From the IMG/VR virus record IMGVR_UViG_3300033475_000009, positions 1 through 64,000 of that record: a stretch of 64,000 nt of DNA. The stretch is one strand, 5' to 3'. This document shows, piece after piece, positions 23,930 to 34,469 of this stretch. The DNA is from a virus (taxonomy: Duplodnaviria; Caudoviricetes). The notes beneath the pieces are model-generated. The model did no database searches and was not told where the DNA came from. It was given only the letters and a program-made list of their open reading frames with translations. The translations under genes and the position numbers were made by a program. Positions within the stretch are counted from its first letter, which is position 1, and the number at the start of each line of letters is the position of its first letter.

Positions 23930-24444
23930 TAACTAGAATAGCTAAAAACCGTATTACTAATAGAAGGAAAAAGAAGTATACATTTCCTACTTATAATTCG
24001 GATGATATATATAAAAGCTTTAAAATAGCTCAGCAGGAATTACCAGAAGATATTAGAGTTATTATATCCTGTAAAGAATTTAAAGATATAGTGTACGAGG
24101 CTAATAAAGAATTATCTACTATGATAGCTTCAGAAGGTATGTGCTTTAAATTACCTTATAGTCTAGGAGAGTTATCAGTAATAAAAAGTAAAGTTACTTT
24201 TCAGGATAATGAACTCAAAGCTATGATAGATTGGGGTCATTATAATAAAACAAAAGAAAAAAAATTATTTGTTTTAAAAGAAAAAGACTATAGAGCTAGA
24301 TGGTGGTGGAAAAAAAGGCTGTGTAGAGTAAAGAATAAAAATATGTATTCATTTACTCCAACAAGAACTAATACTAGAAAGATAGCTGAAGTAATGCAAA
24401 AGCAATTTGGATATAATACTTATCATACAAAATCTAAATTATAA
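23926..24444 (+). CDS. IHF-like protein of the crAss tail module
   Basis: FKLPYSLGELSV, IDWGHY, WWWKK, YSFTPTRTNTR. Confidence 0.65.
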   Translation: MITRIAKNRITNRRKKKYTFPTYNSDDIYKSFKIAQQELPEDIRVIISCKEFKDIVYEANKELSTMIASEGMCFKLPYSLGELSVIKSKVTFQDNELKAMIDWGHYNKTKEKKLFVLKEKDYRARWWWKKRLCRVKNKNMYSFTPTRTNTRKIAEVMQKQFGYNTYHTKSKL

Positions 24445-25163
24445 TGGTACAAAAGTTTATATCAGTAAATTATGCTATAAGAAAGATCATTAATAATTTA
24501 GGTATTAATGATAAAGAAGTTGCTTTGGATGATTATATAGAATGGATTGGTGAAGCTCTTCAATATATTGGTAGTTACTATCAATATTGTGAAAAACCAG
24601 CAATTATAGAGATAGAAGATTATAAAGGTGAATTACCTTGTGATTTTTGTAAATTAATATCTATAAAGAATGGATATGATAATCTAAGAAATAATTTTAA
24701 TAAACAACTAATAGGTAATAATACACAAGTACTAAATAAAGCTAAACATTCAGAGAGAGATTATAATCTTAATGGAGATGTAATTACAGTAAGTTTTAGA
24801 AAAGGTACATTACATATTCAGTATTTAGCAATACCATTAGATTCTGATGGATTACCCATGATACCTGATGATATTAATTATTTAGATGCAATGGTGTGGA
24901 AATGTGCTTATCAACTTTCTATAAGAGGATATACATTCAAAAGCGCACAGCTAAATAACTTTCAATGGGTAGAAGCTAAATGGAATAGATATTGTTTACA
25001 AGCTAGAACTAGTTTAAATTCTCCTGATCTAGATGCATTAGAAAGAATTAAGAATATAGTAGTAAGATTTAAACCTGATCTTAATGCTTACTATAATGAC
25101 TTTAAAAATCTAGGTAAGCAAACTTATCAACATGAAATAAATGATTATAGAGCTAACTTCTAA
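24444..25163 (+). CDS. tail tubular/ring protein
   Basis: IEWIGEAL, IEDYKGELPCD, YLAIPLDSDGLPMIPD. Confidence 0.7.
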   Translation: MVQKFISVNYAIRKIINNLGINDKEVALDDYIEWIGEALQYIGSYYQYCEKPAIIEIEDYKGELPCDFCKLISIKNGYDNLRNNFNKQLIGNNTQVLNKAKHSERDYNLNGDVITVSFRKGTLHIQYLAIPLDSDGLPMIPDDINYLDAMVWKCAYQLSIRGYTFKSAQLNNFQWVEAKWNRYCLQARTSLNSPDLDALERIKNIVVRFKPDLNAYYNDFKNLGKQTYQHEINDYRANF

Positions 25164-25999
25164 TGGTAAATTTAATAGTTAATGTATTTGATGATAGTAG
25201 TTTTCCTACTCTAACTCCTTTAGATCCTACAGGAATATCTATTACTATAGGTACTAATAGTGCAGTTACAAATGTTAATACTCTTACTACATCTGTATCT
25301 GAAAGTAGCTATATTACAGTATTAGTGACTAAAGAAGGTTATACAGATTACTTTACTACTATAGCTATAGAAAATTCAAATGTAACTATAGTAGTAGCTA
25401 TGACTCCTATTAGTACTCAAGCATGTAGTTTTATTAGTATAACTGAAGGAGTCTGTCATCAATATACTATAACTAACTCAGGTACTACTTCAGATCAGAA
25501 TGTTACCTATAGTATAGTAGATCTTGATTATAATCCTGTAACTGGATATACTAATATACCTTTAAATTATGGTAATACTTCTAATTTTACATCTACTTCA
25601 GATAATGTCTACATTGTAATATTTAGAGATCAATCTTCTAATATAATTTGTAATATGATTATTATGGACTTATGTTCTATAATGAGTTGTATTACAAATA
25701 AATTAAAAGATATATTATGTGATTGTGATTGTAAGAAAGATAAATGTCATGATTTCTGTAAAGATCTATATGATTTAGATAGAATATTAGTATTAGGTTT
25801 TGATTTACTTAATAGAGTTAATAGAGAGTATAGATTAAATTCATTCTATAGTACTATAGATGAAGCTAAAATATATGAACTTAAGACTGCTAAAGATGTA
25901 ATAGATAAATTAAATAGTTATTGTTTTGAATGTATGGACTCTCAACCAGCTTCTAATACATTTATAGGAGTTATTAAAAAAGACTGTGGATGTTCCTAA
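25163..25999 (+). CDS. virion protein with Cys-rich C-terminus
   Basis: Structural context; CDCDCKKDKC and DCGC motifs. Confidence 0.55.
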   Translation: MVNLIVNVFDDSSFPTLTPLDPTGISITIGTNSAVTNVNTLTTSVSESSYITVLVTKEGYTDYFTTIAIENSNVTIVVAMTPISTQACSFISITEGVCHQYTITNSGTTSDQNVTYSIVDLDYNPVTGYTNIPLNYGNTSNFTSTSDNVYIVIFRDQSSNIICNMIIMDLCSIMSCITNKLKDILCDCDCKKDKCHDFCKDLYDLDRILVLGFDLLNRVNREYRLNSFYSTIDEAKIYELKTAKDVIDKLNSYCFECMDSQPASNTFIGVIKKDCGCS

Positions 26000-26439
26000 G
26001 TAATACATGTGAAGTACCAGATTTGTTGCCAGCAGAACAGGTAACTATAGATGTCTATAATACTATAGAATCTTCATTAAAACTTTATATTGATAAAGGA
26101 TATAAGTTAGATAATTATGGAGAATCTAAAGCTAATGATATGTGGGGTTATGGAAGATATATGGTATTTTTAGTAGCTTATTTAAATATTGTTAGAAATA
26201 ATATACAAAAAGACTATTTATCTTGTAATCTAAAAACTTTACAAGAGTATAAACAAATATATAAACTAGATTGTATTAGAGAAAAATTCTCCTGTTTCTC
26301 TATACCTTATGATGTAGATGATCTATATGAAACATTTGGTGCAGGAAAATCTTTAGCCTTTACAGGAATAGCTTATATGGGAGTAGAGATAAATGGAGCT
26401 ACAGTTTGTGGTAAAAGTAGTATTTTAAAAGTTATATAA
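25990..26439 (+). CDS. virion/tail-associated protein
   Basis: Structural context; true start may be downstream. Confidence 0.5.
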   Translation: MFLSNTCEVPDLLPAEQVTIDVYNTIESSLKLYIDKGYKLDNYGESKANDMWGYGRYMVFLVAYLNIVRNNIQKDYLSCNLKTLQEYKQIYKLDCIREKFSCFSIPYDVDDLYETFGAGKSLAFTGIAYMGVEINGATVCGKSSILKVI

Positions 26440-26440
26440 T

Positions 26441-27595
26441 ATGCCTACTAAAAGATTAAGATCCTGGTTCTTTCAACCTACTTCAGTACCTAGACTAGAT
26501 GGTACTACAGGTGGAGTTAGATTTAGAACAAATGATGAACCTACTCAGTCTACTTTAGAAGATCTAACTGCTTCAGCAGCTTTCTTTACTGAAAGTAATT
26601 CTAAAGCTAATGTATCTTCTAATTCAGCTATAGAGAATGAGCAGGGGTTAGTAGTTTTAGCTAATGATACTCAAGCTAGGTCTAATAGCTCACAACCGTC
26701 TGATAGATCTATAGTAGTACAACCCTCTCAATTACCTACAGTAGAACAGATAAATATTACAGGTATACAAGATATGCCTGATAGTCAACTACAAATAGGT
26801 ACTAGTGGATTAACTAGTACTAGAAATAGATATATAGTAGGAATGAATACTAGCTGGATTAATTGGTTAATATCAAGAATATTTAAACAAGGAGGAGTAT
26901 CTGGAGATGTACCTATAAAAAATAGTTCTACTAATTATGACTGGTCTTATGGTAATGTGGGTAATAATCCTGCTACTATAAGTGCTTTATTAGCTAATAC
27001 TACTTTCATAAATAATTTAACCACTACTATTATAAATAATAATCCTAGTGCTATCTCTGATGCATTACCTGTAGGTACTACTTTAGATTGGTTAGTAACT
27101 ACTATGCCTAGCTCTAAGTGGCTAAGAATGGATGGTAGTGCTATTTCAAGAACTACTTATTCAGATTTATTTACTTTGTTAGGTACTACTTATGGAGTAG
27201 GAGATGGATCTACTACTTTTAATTTACCTGATTTTAGAGATAGACAATCTACTGGATATTCAGGTACTAAAAGTATTGCAAGTAGTGGTGGAGCAGACTC
27301 CCAAGTAATAGGTACTACTAATCTTCCTCCTCACACACATGATGTAGGATCAATATCTGTAGGTAATCACACCCATACAATAGGTTATAATAATCTTCCA
27401 TTACTAGATGGAGGTAGTGGTTCTCTAGTACATGTTATGAGTCAAACTGATGGTGTATTAGCTAGTTATAATACAGGTTTAGCAGGTGCTGGTTCAGCAA
27501 GTGGAAATACAGGAGATGGAGGATTTGCTAATACTGCTCTTAGTACTATGGATAAATATTTAGCTATAAATAAAATAGTAAAGGTTCTACCTTAA
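26441..27595 (+). CDS. tail fibre-associated protein with phage tail collar domain
   Basis: LPVGTTLDW...WLRMDGSAISRTTYSDLFTLLGTTYGVGDGSTTFNLPDFRDR. Confidence 0.85.
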   Translation: MPTKRLRSWFFQPTSVPRLDGTTGGVRFRTNDEPTQSTLEDLTASAAFFTESNSKANVSSNSAIENEQGLVVLANDTQARSNSSQPSDRSIVVQPSQLPTVEQINITGIQDMPDSQLQIGTSGLTSTRNRYIVGMNTSWINWLISRIFKQGGVSGDVPIKNSSTNYDWSYGNVGNNPATISALLANTTFINNLTTTIINNNPSAISDALPVGTTLDWLVTTMPSSKWLRMDGSAISRTTYSDLFTLLGTTYGVGDGSTTFNLPDFRDRQSTGYSGTKSIASSGGADSQVIGTTNLPPHTHDVGSISVGNHTHTIGYNNLPLLDGGSGSLVHVMSQTDGVLASYNTGLAGAGSASGNTGDGGFANTALSTMDKYLAINKIVKVLP

Positions 27596-30500
27596 ATGAT
27601 AGATCAAAATAATTCTTTTGAAAAAGGTTTAGTAACAGATGTAAATGCTGTAAAACAACCTGAAAATTCTTATATGTATGCATTAAATTTTGTAAGACTT
27701 TCAGAGAAAGGAGACTATTATTCTTTTACTAATGAAAAAGGTACTGAAATCTATTGTGATTTATCTTCTATAAACGGGTATTCAATAATAGGTCAAACAG
27801 TATTAGAATCAGATATAATATTATTTTTAGTAAAAAATGATTTAACAACTTCTCAAATAGGTATAGTAGATAGTAATGGTACGTATACCACTAAATTAAA
27901 TGATATTAATAATGAGTTACATTTAGACTTAGATCATCCTATAGATGCACAAGGTAGGGTATTAATTAATTCTAATAGAATAGTTTACTTTGTAGATAAT
28001 AAAAATCCAGCAAGAACTATAGATCTGGATGATGTACCTCCAGTTGGTTCTATAGATAAATTATCTTCTCTAGTACCTAAATCTAATTTTCCTACTATAG
28101 ATAATTTTACTGTTAAAGATTCTTCTACATCTTTAACTTGTGGTGCTTACCAATTTGCCTTCAGATATCTAGATAGAAAAGGTAATATAACTAATATTAG
28201 TTTACCTTCTGCTTTAGTATCTATAGGTCAAAATTCAGTGTCTTCTGGAGATCAATATGAAGGAGGTTATCCTGATATTATTGCAGCTAAATCTATTTTA
28301 TTAAATATTAATAATGTAGATACAGATTATTTTAAATTAGAAGTAATAGCAATTAATTATGCAGGTACTACTAATACTTTAACTGCTAATGTAGCAGCTC
28401 AAATAGATATTAATAGCAATACTATTATTTATGAATATAAGGGAGAAATACTGTATAATGTAACTATAGAAGAATTACAAGGTTCTATTACTAATTATAG
28501 TACTGCTAAAGCTATACAACAAAAAGATGGTAGATTAATTATTTCTAATTTAAAAGAAGATATTAATATAGAAGCTAACCTTCAGACTATAGCTAATAAT
28601 ATTACTCTAAAATACGATATTACTGAAGAACAAATACCTGCGTATAAATCTGGTAATCATACAGCTTTAGAAGTAGGATATAAAAGAGGAGAAATTTATT
28701 CATTTGCTTTTGGTGTAATATATAAATCAGGTGCTAAATCTTTAGCTTATCATATTCCCGCACCTTATAGTACAGGAATACCAGGAAGTATAGTTACTAA
28801 TGCTAATACAGGAACTAAAGTATTAGGTACTTATCTATCTACTTTAACTTATCCTACAGGTCAGGGATATCCATTAGGTAATATTAGATACCATGTGATG
28901 CCTACTTTTCAACAAGAAGTACCTTATTCTATAGCTGATATTAATAATGGTACTATAAGAATATTAGGTATAAAAATAGATTTTCCTACTGGTGTAATAG
29001 CTGAGTGGGAAGCTATAAAAGACCAGATTCAAGGTATTTATCTAGTAAGAAGAAGTAGAAATAGTATAGAAAATATGTCTATCTTTTCTCAGGGTATTAG
29101 TAATTATCTAATGGATGGGTTTTATATTAATACTGATAGTAATGAAGATGAAGTAGCTACTGCTAATAATGGTACATATGATTTTAGAGTATATGGTTTT
29201 ACAGGAAAATATTTAACTAAAACACCTTTTCTTGGCGGTATAAGTCTTAAAGGTTATATGCCAGATAAAGATGGAAGTTATGATGGAAGTAGTTCAGGTG
29301 GAGATGCCTTACAACCTATTAATCAACCTTTAGCCTATACATATGTAAATTCTGATTCAGTACAAGAATCTTTAAATAGTTTACCTGTAAACAATATAAA
29401 CACTAATAGCTATGGTACAGATAAAACTATAGCTATAGGTCAGTTATATAAAAGATTAATGGTATTTTATTCTCCTGAGTCTGAACTATTACCTAAAATA
29501 GATGCTGGTACTTTTACTAAAGTCAAAAGAGTAGGACAACTTACTTTTTCAGATACTTTAAATGTAAGATGGCAGCATTCAGAATATCAAAATGAATCAG
29601 GTTCTGGAGATGGAGAATCTGAATTAATAAGACCTCCCCTATATTGGAATTATTTTACAAGTACTTCTGTGGATACTTCATTATACTCTAATGATGAGGT
29701 ACAAATAACTAGAAACTTCTATATACCTAGAAATTCTGTTATACCTTCTAATTACTCTACTTTAAATATAGTAAATACAGATCAAGAAGAATTCTTATTA
29801 ATAGAGACTGAAAATAATGATATATTCACTAATAATGAAAATACATTTAAGAAGTACCAAGTACAAAATGTAGATGAAAGTGGGGGAGCTACTAAAAATG
29901 ATAAGATAACTACTTTAGATCTTACTAAAAATATATATGAACTAACTAGTGATAATACTAGTCAGTATGGAGGAGTATCAGGTCAAGAATATATCCTATG
30001 TAAATATATAGTATATGATCAAACTACTACTCCTAATTTAGATAATTATAATGACACTATTTTCTTTGGTGGAGACACTTATATTACAAGAGTAGCTTTT
30101 ACTAATAAAACACCTATTAAATCTAAAGCTTATTTCTTTGCTAGTGCTAATAATTCATTTAGGTATGCAGAAAATGCTCAAGATAATTCTTTTGGTAAAG
30201 AGTATTTAGATTTTAGAAGTGTTATAGAATTTTATGTAGAGACTAGTAAAAATACAGATCTAAGACATTCCTTAGTAGGAGGTAATGGATTCTATAGATA
30301 TTCTTCTTTAGAGAATACTCTTATTACAGATCCTAGTTTAGTAGATGATGCTAAATCATATAATAACCAGTATGATTTTGAAAATGATGTACAATTGTTC
30401 TTTTCAAAATCTGATATAGCTAGTTCTACTAATAGCCACTACAAAACAAGAACTATATGGTCAGATCAAACTATTCTAGGTGAATTAAGAGACAGATATA

Positions 30501-31651
30501 GAGATATTAGACCTGATAATTTCTATGATATTCCTTTTAATACAGGAGAGATATGGGATACTTTTGTATTTAATAATATATTATACTTACATACACCTAA
30601 AACTCTTTGGAGAACTTTCTTTAATGCTATAGAACAAACAGCTTCTACAGCAGGACAAGTAACATTAGGTACGGGTGGAGTGTTTCCAGTAGATTTACCT
30701 CCTCAGCAAGTTATTAATCAAGAAGGTGGATATAGTGGAACTATAAGCCAGTGGGGTGGGTGTAATACTCCTTTTGGGTATATATTTCCTGATGCTTTAC
30801 AAGGTAAAATATTTCTATTAAGTGGAGAAGGATTAGCTGAAATATCTAATCAAGGAATGCAAAGATTCTTTCAGGATAATTTATCAGTACTTGAAAATAA
30901 ATATACTAATTATATAGATAATCCTTATAAATACAATAGTAGAGGTATACTATCTTGTTATGATTATGAATTAAAAAGATGGGTATTAGTTAAAAATCAT
31001 GAAGATCCTTTACAAAGGTTTACTATATCTTATGATTTATTAGGTAACCAATGGAGTAGCTATCATTCTTATAATCCTAATTTATTAGTTGCTAGAGATA
31101 ATAAACTATTTGGATTAATGAATAATAATTTAACTTATCTATATCAACATAATGTAGGAGATTATGGTAAGTTTTATAATAATGATCCTCAAAATTCTAT
31201 AATCACTTTTATAGTTAATAAAGGATTTAATATTGAAAAAGTATTTGATAATATAGTTTTAAGTGCTGGCTCAGATAGTAATACTAAAATACAGGCTTAT
31301 AGAGGTACAGGAGATACTATAACTATATATAATGATAGACAGCATACAGGTGTAACTAATTTAGTATGGAATAATACTTATGGCTATACTCCTGCTAGAA
31401 ATGAATGTAGAGTTCAGATGTTAAGAAATAACTATAACATTAAAGTACCTCTAAATAGTCTTATATCTGATGCTAATGCTATATTTGATTCTAATGGAAA
31501 TTTAATTACTGGTAATATAGATCAGAATAAACTGTTTAGAGATAGATTAAAAGGTAATTATTGTGTAATACAATTTAGTTTTAGTAATCAAGATAATTAT
31601 AGATTGACTTTAAACCAAATAAGTACTACATTTAGAGAGTATTATAGATAA
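27596..31651 (+). CDS. tail stabilisation/muzzle protein (1351 aa)
   Basis: N-terminal FEKGLVTDVNAVKQPENSY; GYKRGEIYSFA; position before the cargo genes. Confidence 0.75.
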   Translation: MIDQNNSFEKGLVTDVNAVKQPENSYMYALNFVRLSEKGDYYSFTNEKGTEIYCDLSSINGYSIIGQTVLESDIILFLVKNDLTTSQIGIVDSNGTYTTKLNDINNELHLDLDHPIDAQGRVLINSNRIVYFVDNKNPARTIDLDDVPPVGSIDKLSSLVPKSNFPTIDNFTVKDSSTSLTCGAYQFAFRYLDRKGNITNISLPSALVSIGQNSVSSGDQYEGGYPDIIAAKSILLNINNVDTDYFKLEVIAINYAGTTNTLTANVAAQIDINSNTIIYEYKGEILYNVTIEELQGSITNYSTAKAIQQKDGRLIISNLKEDINIEANLQTIANNITLKYDITEEQIPAYKSGNHTALEVGYKRGEIYSFAFGVIYKSGAKSLAYHIPAPYSTGIPGSIVTNANTGTKVLGTYLSTLTYPTGQGYPLGNIRYHVMPTFQQEVPYSIADINNGTIRILGIKIDFPTGVIAEWEAIKDQIQGIYLVRRSRNSIENMSIFSQGISNYLMDGFYINTDSNEDEVATANNGTYDFRVYGFTGKYLTKTPFLGGISLKGYMPDKDGSYDGSSSGGDALQPINQPLAYTYVNSDSVQESLNSLPVNNINTNSYGTDKTIAIGQLYKRLMVFYSPESELLPKIDAGTFTKVKRVGQLTFSDTLNVRWQHSEYQNESGSGDGESELIRPPLYWNYFTSTSVDTSLYSNDEVQITRNFYIPRNSVIPSNYSTLNIVNTDQEEFLLIETENNDIFTNNENTFKKYQVQNVDESGGATKNDKITTLDLTKNIYELTSDNTSQYGGVSGQEYILCKYIVYDQTTTPNLDNYNDTIFFGGDTYITRVAFTNKTPIKSKAYFFASANNSFRYAENAQDNSFGKEYLDFRSVIEFYVETSKNTDLRHSLVGGNGFYRYSSLENTLITDPSLVDDAKSYNNQYDFENDVQLFFSKSDIASSTNSHYKTRTIWSDQTILGELRDRYRDIRPDNFYDIPFNTGEIWDTFVFNNILYLHTPKTLWRTFFNAIEQTASTAGQVTLGTGGVFPVDLPPQQVINQEGGYSGTISQWGGCNTPFGYIFPDALQGKIFLLSGEGLAEISNQGMQRFFQDNLSVLENKYTNYIDNPYKYNSRGILSCYDYELKRWVLVKNHEDPLQRFTISYDLLGNQWSSYHSYNPNLLVARDNKLFGLMNNNLTYLYQHNVGDYGKFYNNDPQNSIITFIVNKGFNIEKVFDNIVLSAGSDSNTKIQAYRGTGDTITIYNDRQHTGVTNLVWNNTYGYTPARNECRVQMLRNNYNIKVPLNSLISDANAIFDSNGNLITGNIDQNKLFRDRLKGNYCVIQFSFSNQDNYRLTLNQISTTFREYYR

Positions 31652-31655
31652 GACT

Positions 31656-33659
31656 ATGAAAAAAGTAAAAAAAATTAAAGTTAAAAGATATGCATCAGGT
31701 ACTCAATTAGTAAGTAATACTGATCCTACAACTTTATATTCTACCAATAGACAGAATAGTATTAAAGATACTGAGTTCAATAACTCTCAACAAGCTCAAT
31801 CTAATCAAGATTTAACTAAGTTAGGTTATAATGATAAATTTAATAGTTCTTTACAAAATGTAAGTCAGAATACTTCTAGTAGAGCTTCTGCACAAGGAAC
31901 TATTCAAGGAGTAGCTGGAGCTATTAATCCTTTATATGGAGCTGCCTATGGAGTAGCTAGCAAAGTAGGTAATTCTTTTTCTAATAAAGCTAGCCAGAAT
32001 GAAGTTAATACAGGTAAAGCAGATACTAAAAATAATTTCTTATCTAGTGTAACTACAGATACAGGCAGTAAATTATTGTCCGCTAAAAGTGGTAATGATG
32101 TATTAAATGCTTTTGTTCCTTTCTTAGGAGTAAATAGTACTACAGCAGCTAAAGATGCTCTTAAAGCTAATTATAATAAGAAAAGACAAGACTATGCTAA
32201 TGGTCAAATAGCTAATTATGGAGCTATAGATACTACAGTACAGAATACTCAACTAAAGTCTGGTACTTCTGGTATTCATATAAAACCAGAGAATAAAGGT
32301 AAGTTTAATGCGCTTAAAGCTAGAACAGGTAAATCTACAGAAGAACTAACTCATTCTAAAAATCCTCTTACTAGAAAAAGAGCTATATTTGCTCAAAATG
32401 CAGCTAAGTGGAAACATGAGGATGGCTCTAAAGATATTACCTTAGATAATCTTATAAAAATACATGAACTTCCTTATAATCAAATTGAAAAGAAAGAAGG
32501 CACTAAGATTGAAAAAGATGAACTTAAGGAATTTAAAAAGTTAAAGAAATATGAAACTTCTAAACTAAAGTCAGGTACTAGAATGATAGAAACTGAAGGT
32601 AGAGAACCTATATTCTCTCCTAAGAAATCTGATGGAAGTAGAGATCTGTTATATTATAATCCTAATGCTCCTACACATAAAGAAGGAGGAGTTAAAGCTT
32701 TAGTTACTAAAACTAATAAATTTAAAGTAAATGGACTACTAAATATACCTGAGGGATCAGCTATTGTTACAGCTAATAAAGGTAAGAATAAGGAAGCTAT
32801 TAATGCTTATAAAAAAGGAGATGTTAGTAAATTAGAAAAAGTAATTAAACAAATGCCTTCTGATAAATCTAATAAAAAAGCTGGAGGTACTAGTAATCTA
32901 TTAGATCCTTCTAATAAATATAATCCTTATGGTAAATTAGATCCTAATCAATCTAATCCTTCAGATAAATGGGGTAATGTAGCTACACAAGATTTAGACT
33001 TTAGTAATTCTAATCAAGTAACTTCTACTACTAATACTAATAATACAGGCTCTAAGCTAAATAATTATTTATTAGAGGGAGTACAAGCAGCTCCTAGTTT
33101 ATATAATTTAGGAAGAGGTCTTTATGATAAACCTTATAAGACTAATAGAAGATATATTAATAATCAATCTTATCAATATCAGGATTTATCAGCCCCTTCA
33201 AAAAGAGCAGCTAATGAGGCTTATTTAATGGATTCTCAGAATATTAGAAATGCTACAGGAGGTGCAGGTGCTACTTATCTAGCTAACCAAAACTTAGCTT
33301 CAGCTAATAGATTTAAGAATCTATCAGATATTAATAATCAGCAAGCTGAGCTTAGAATGAATATTAATAATACTAATACAGATCTTAGAAATCAACAGAA
33401 TTCTGCTAACTTAAATCTAGCTAATCAATATGATGATATGGATTTGCAGAATAGAGCTAGAAAAAATGATTTTATAGGATCAGGTTTAACAGGTCTTTCA
33501 GATCTAGCTTACCATAAACAAAGAGATGCTAATATGGTAAATGCTGATAATATTAGATTACAAACTCTACAATCTAATAACTATAGATATGATCCTAATA
33601 AAGGATATATGTTCAAGTCTAAAAAAGGTATTAAGAATATTAAGACTAAGAAGAAATAA
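31656..33659 (+). CDS. internal virion (cargo-associated) protein
   Basis: IHIKPENKGKF...HSKNPLTRKRAIFAQNAAKWKH motif; IETEGRE; repeated K-x-x-G-T/S motifs. Confidence 0.65.
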   Translation: MKKVKKIKVKRYASGTQLVSNTDPTTLYSTNRQNSIKDTEFNNSQQAQSNQDLTKLGYNDKFNSSLQNVSQNTSSRASAQGTIQGVAGAINPLYGAAYGVASKVGNSFSNKASQNEVNTGKADTKNNFLSSVTTDTGSKLLSAKSGNDVLNAFVPFLGVNSTTAAKDALKANYNKKRQDYANGQIANYGAIDTTVQNTQLKSGTSGIHIKPENKGKFNALKARTGKSTEELTHSKNPLTRKRAIFAQNAAKWKHEDGSKDITLDNLIKIHELPYNQIEKKEGTKIEKDELKEFKKLKKYETSKLKSGTRMIETEGREPIFSPKKSDGSRDLLYYNPNAPTHKEGGVKALVTKTNKFKVNGLLNIPEGSAIVTANKGKNKEAINAYKKGDVSKLEKVIKQMPSDKSNKKAGGTSNLLDPSNKYNPYGKLDPNQSNPSDKWGNVATQDLDFSNSNQVTSTTNTNNTGSKLNNYLLEGVQAAPSLYNLGRGLYDKPYKTNRRYINNQSYQYQDLSAPSKRAANEAYLMDSQNIRNATGGAGATYLANQNLASANRFKNLSDINNQQAELRMNINNTNTDLRNQQNSANLNLANQYDDMDLQNRARKNDFIGSGLTGLSDLAYHKQRDANMVNADNIRLQTLQSNNYRYDPNKGYMFKSKKGIKNIKTKKK

Positions 33660-33682
33660 TTTGTCTTTAATATAATTAAAGG

Positions 33683-33723
33683 TATATTTGTAATAGCTAG
33701 TAAATCAATAAGTTACTAGCTAT
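33683..33723 (+). promoter_or_regulatory. -7 promoter followed immediately by an 11-bp hairpin
   Basis: TATATTTG (33683-33690); ATAGCTAGTAA/TTACTAGCTAT (33693-33723). Confidence 0.5.
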
Positions 33724-33757
33724 TTCTATTATAGATATAATTATAAATATTATATAA

Positions 33758-34468
33758 ATGATAATAAGTACATTAGCTGGTAATATAGAAGTAGTTAATA
33801 AATATCCTTTTATCTTACCAGAAGATTATAATTTTCATACAAGAATTTATTGTAAAGAACCCTGTATATATTTAATTAAATTTCCAAACAATAAAATTTA
33901 TATAGGTTCTGCTATAGATCTAAGAAAAAGAATAAAATTACACAGACAAAGTACAGATAAAAATAGTCACTTTAATAAAATGATTATAAGATCAATAAAT
34001 AAATATGGTATTAAAGATATTGAAATTTATACTCTTGAAGAAAATATATCTAGAGAAATACTACTAAGTAGAGAACAATATCATTTAGATTTATATAAAC
34101 CATATAGTAGAGAAATAGGTTATAATATATGTACTATAGCAGGATCTAGATTAGGAACTAAACAATCATTAGAAACTATCGAAAAAAGAAGGAAATCTTT
34201 AATTGGTAGGACTTTATCTAAAGAACATAAAGAAAAAATATCAAAGAATAGATTAGGTAAAATAGGAAACCTATCTAATAATCCTAGATTAAGACCTATA
34301 ATTCAGAAAGATTTATTAGGAAATATAGTTGTTGAATATGATTGTATTGCTGATACTTTTAGAAAACTAAGTAGAAAAAATAATTTATCTTGTATAGGAA
34401 ATTGTCTAAGAGGTAGAAGTAATACAGCTCTAGGATATAAATGGGAATATAAAAATATTATAAAATAA
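33758..34468 (+). mobile_element. free-standing GIY-YIG homing endonuclease with NUMOD3/NUMOD1-like repeats
   Basis: CIYLIKFPNNKIYIGSAIDLRKR, REQYHLD, GYNI, LSKEHKEKIS, CLRGRSNTALGYKWEY. Confidence 0.85.
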
Positions 34469-34469
34469 A

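Noticed and set aside
33660-34469. GIY-YIG gene as cargo of a group I intron
   Set aside because: The flanking genes have their own stop and start, and no intron core motifs are visible.
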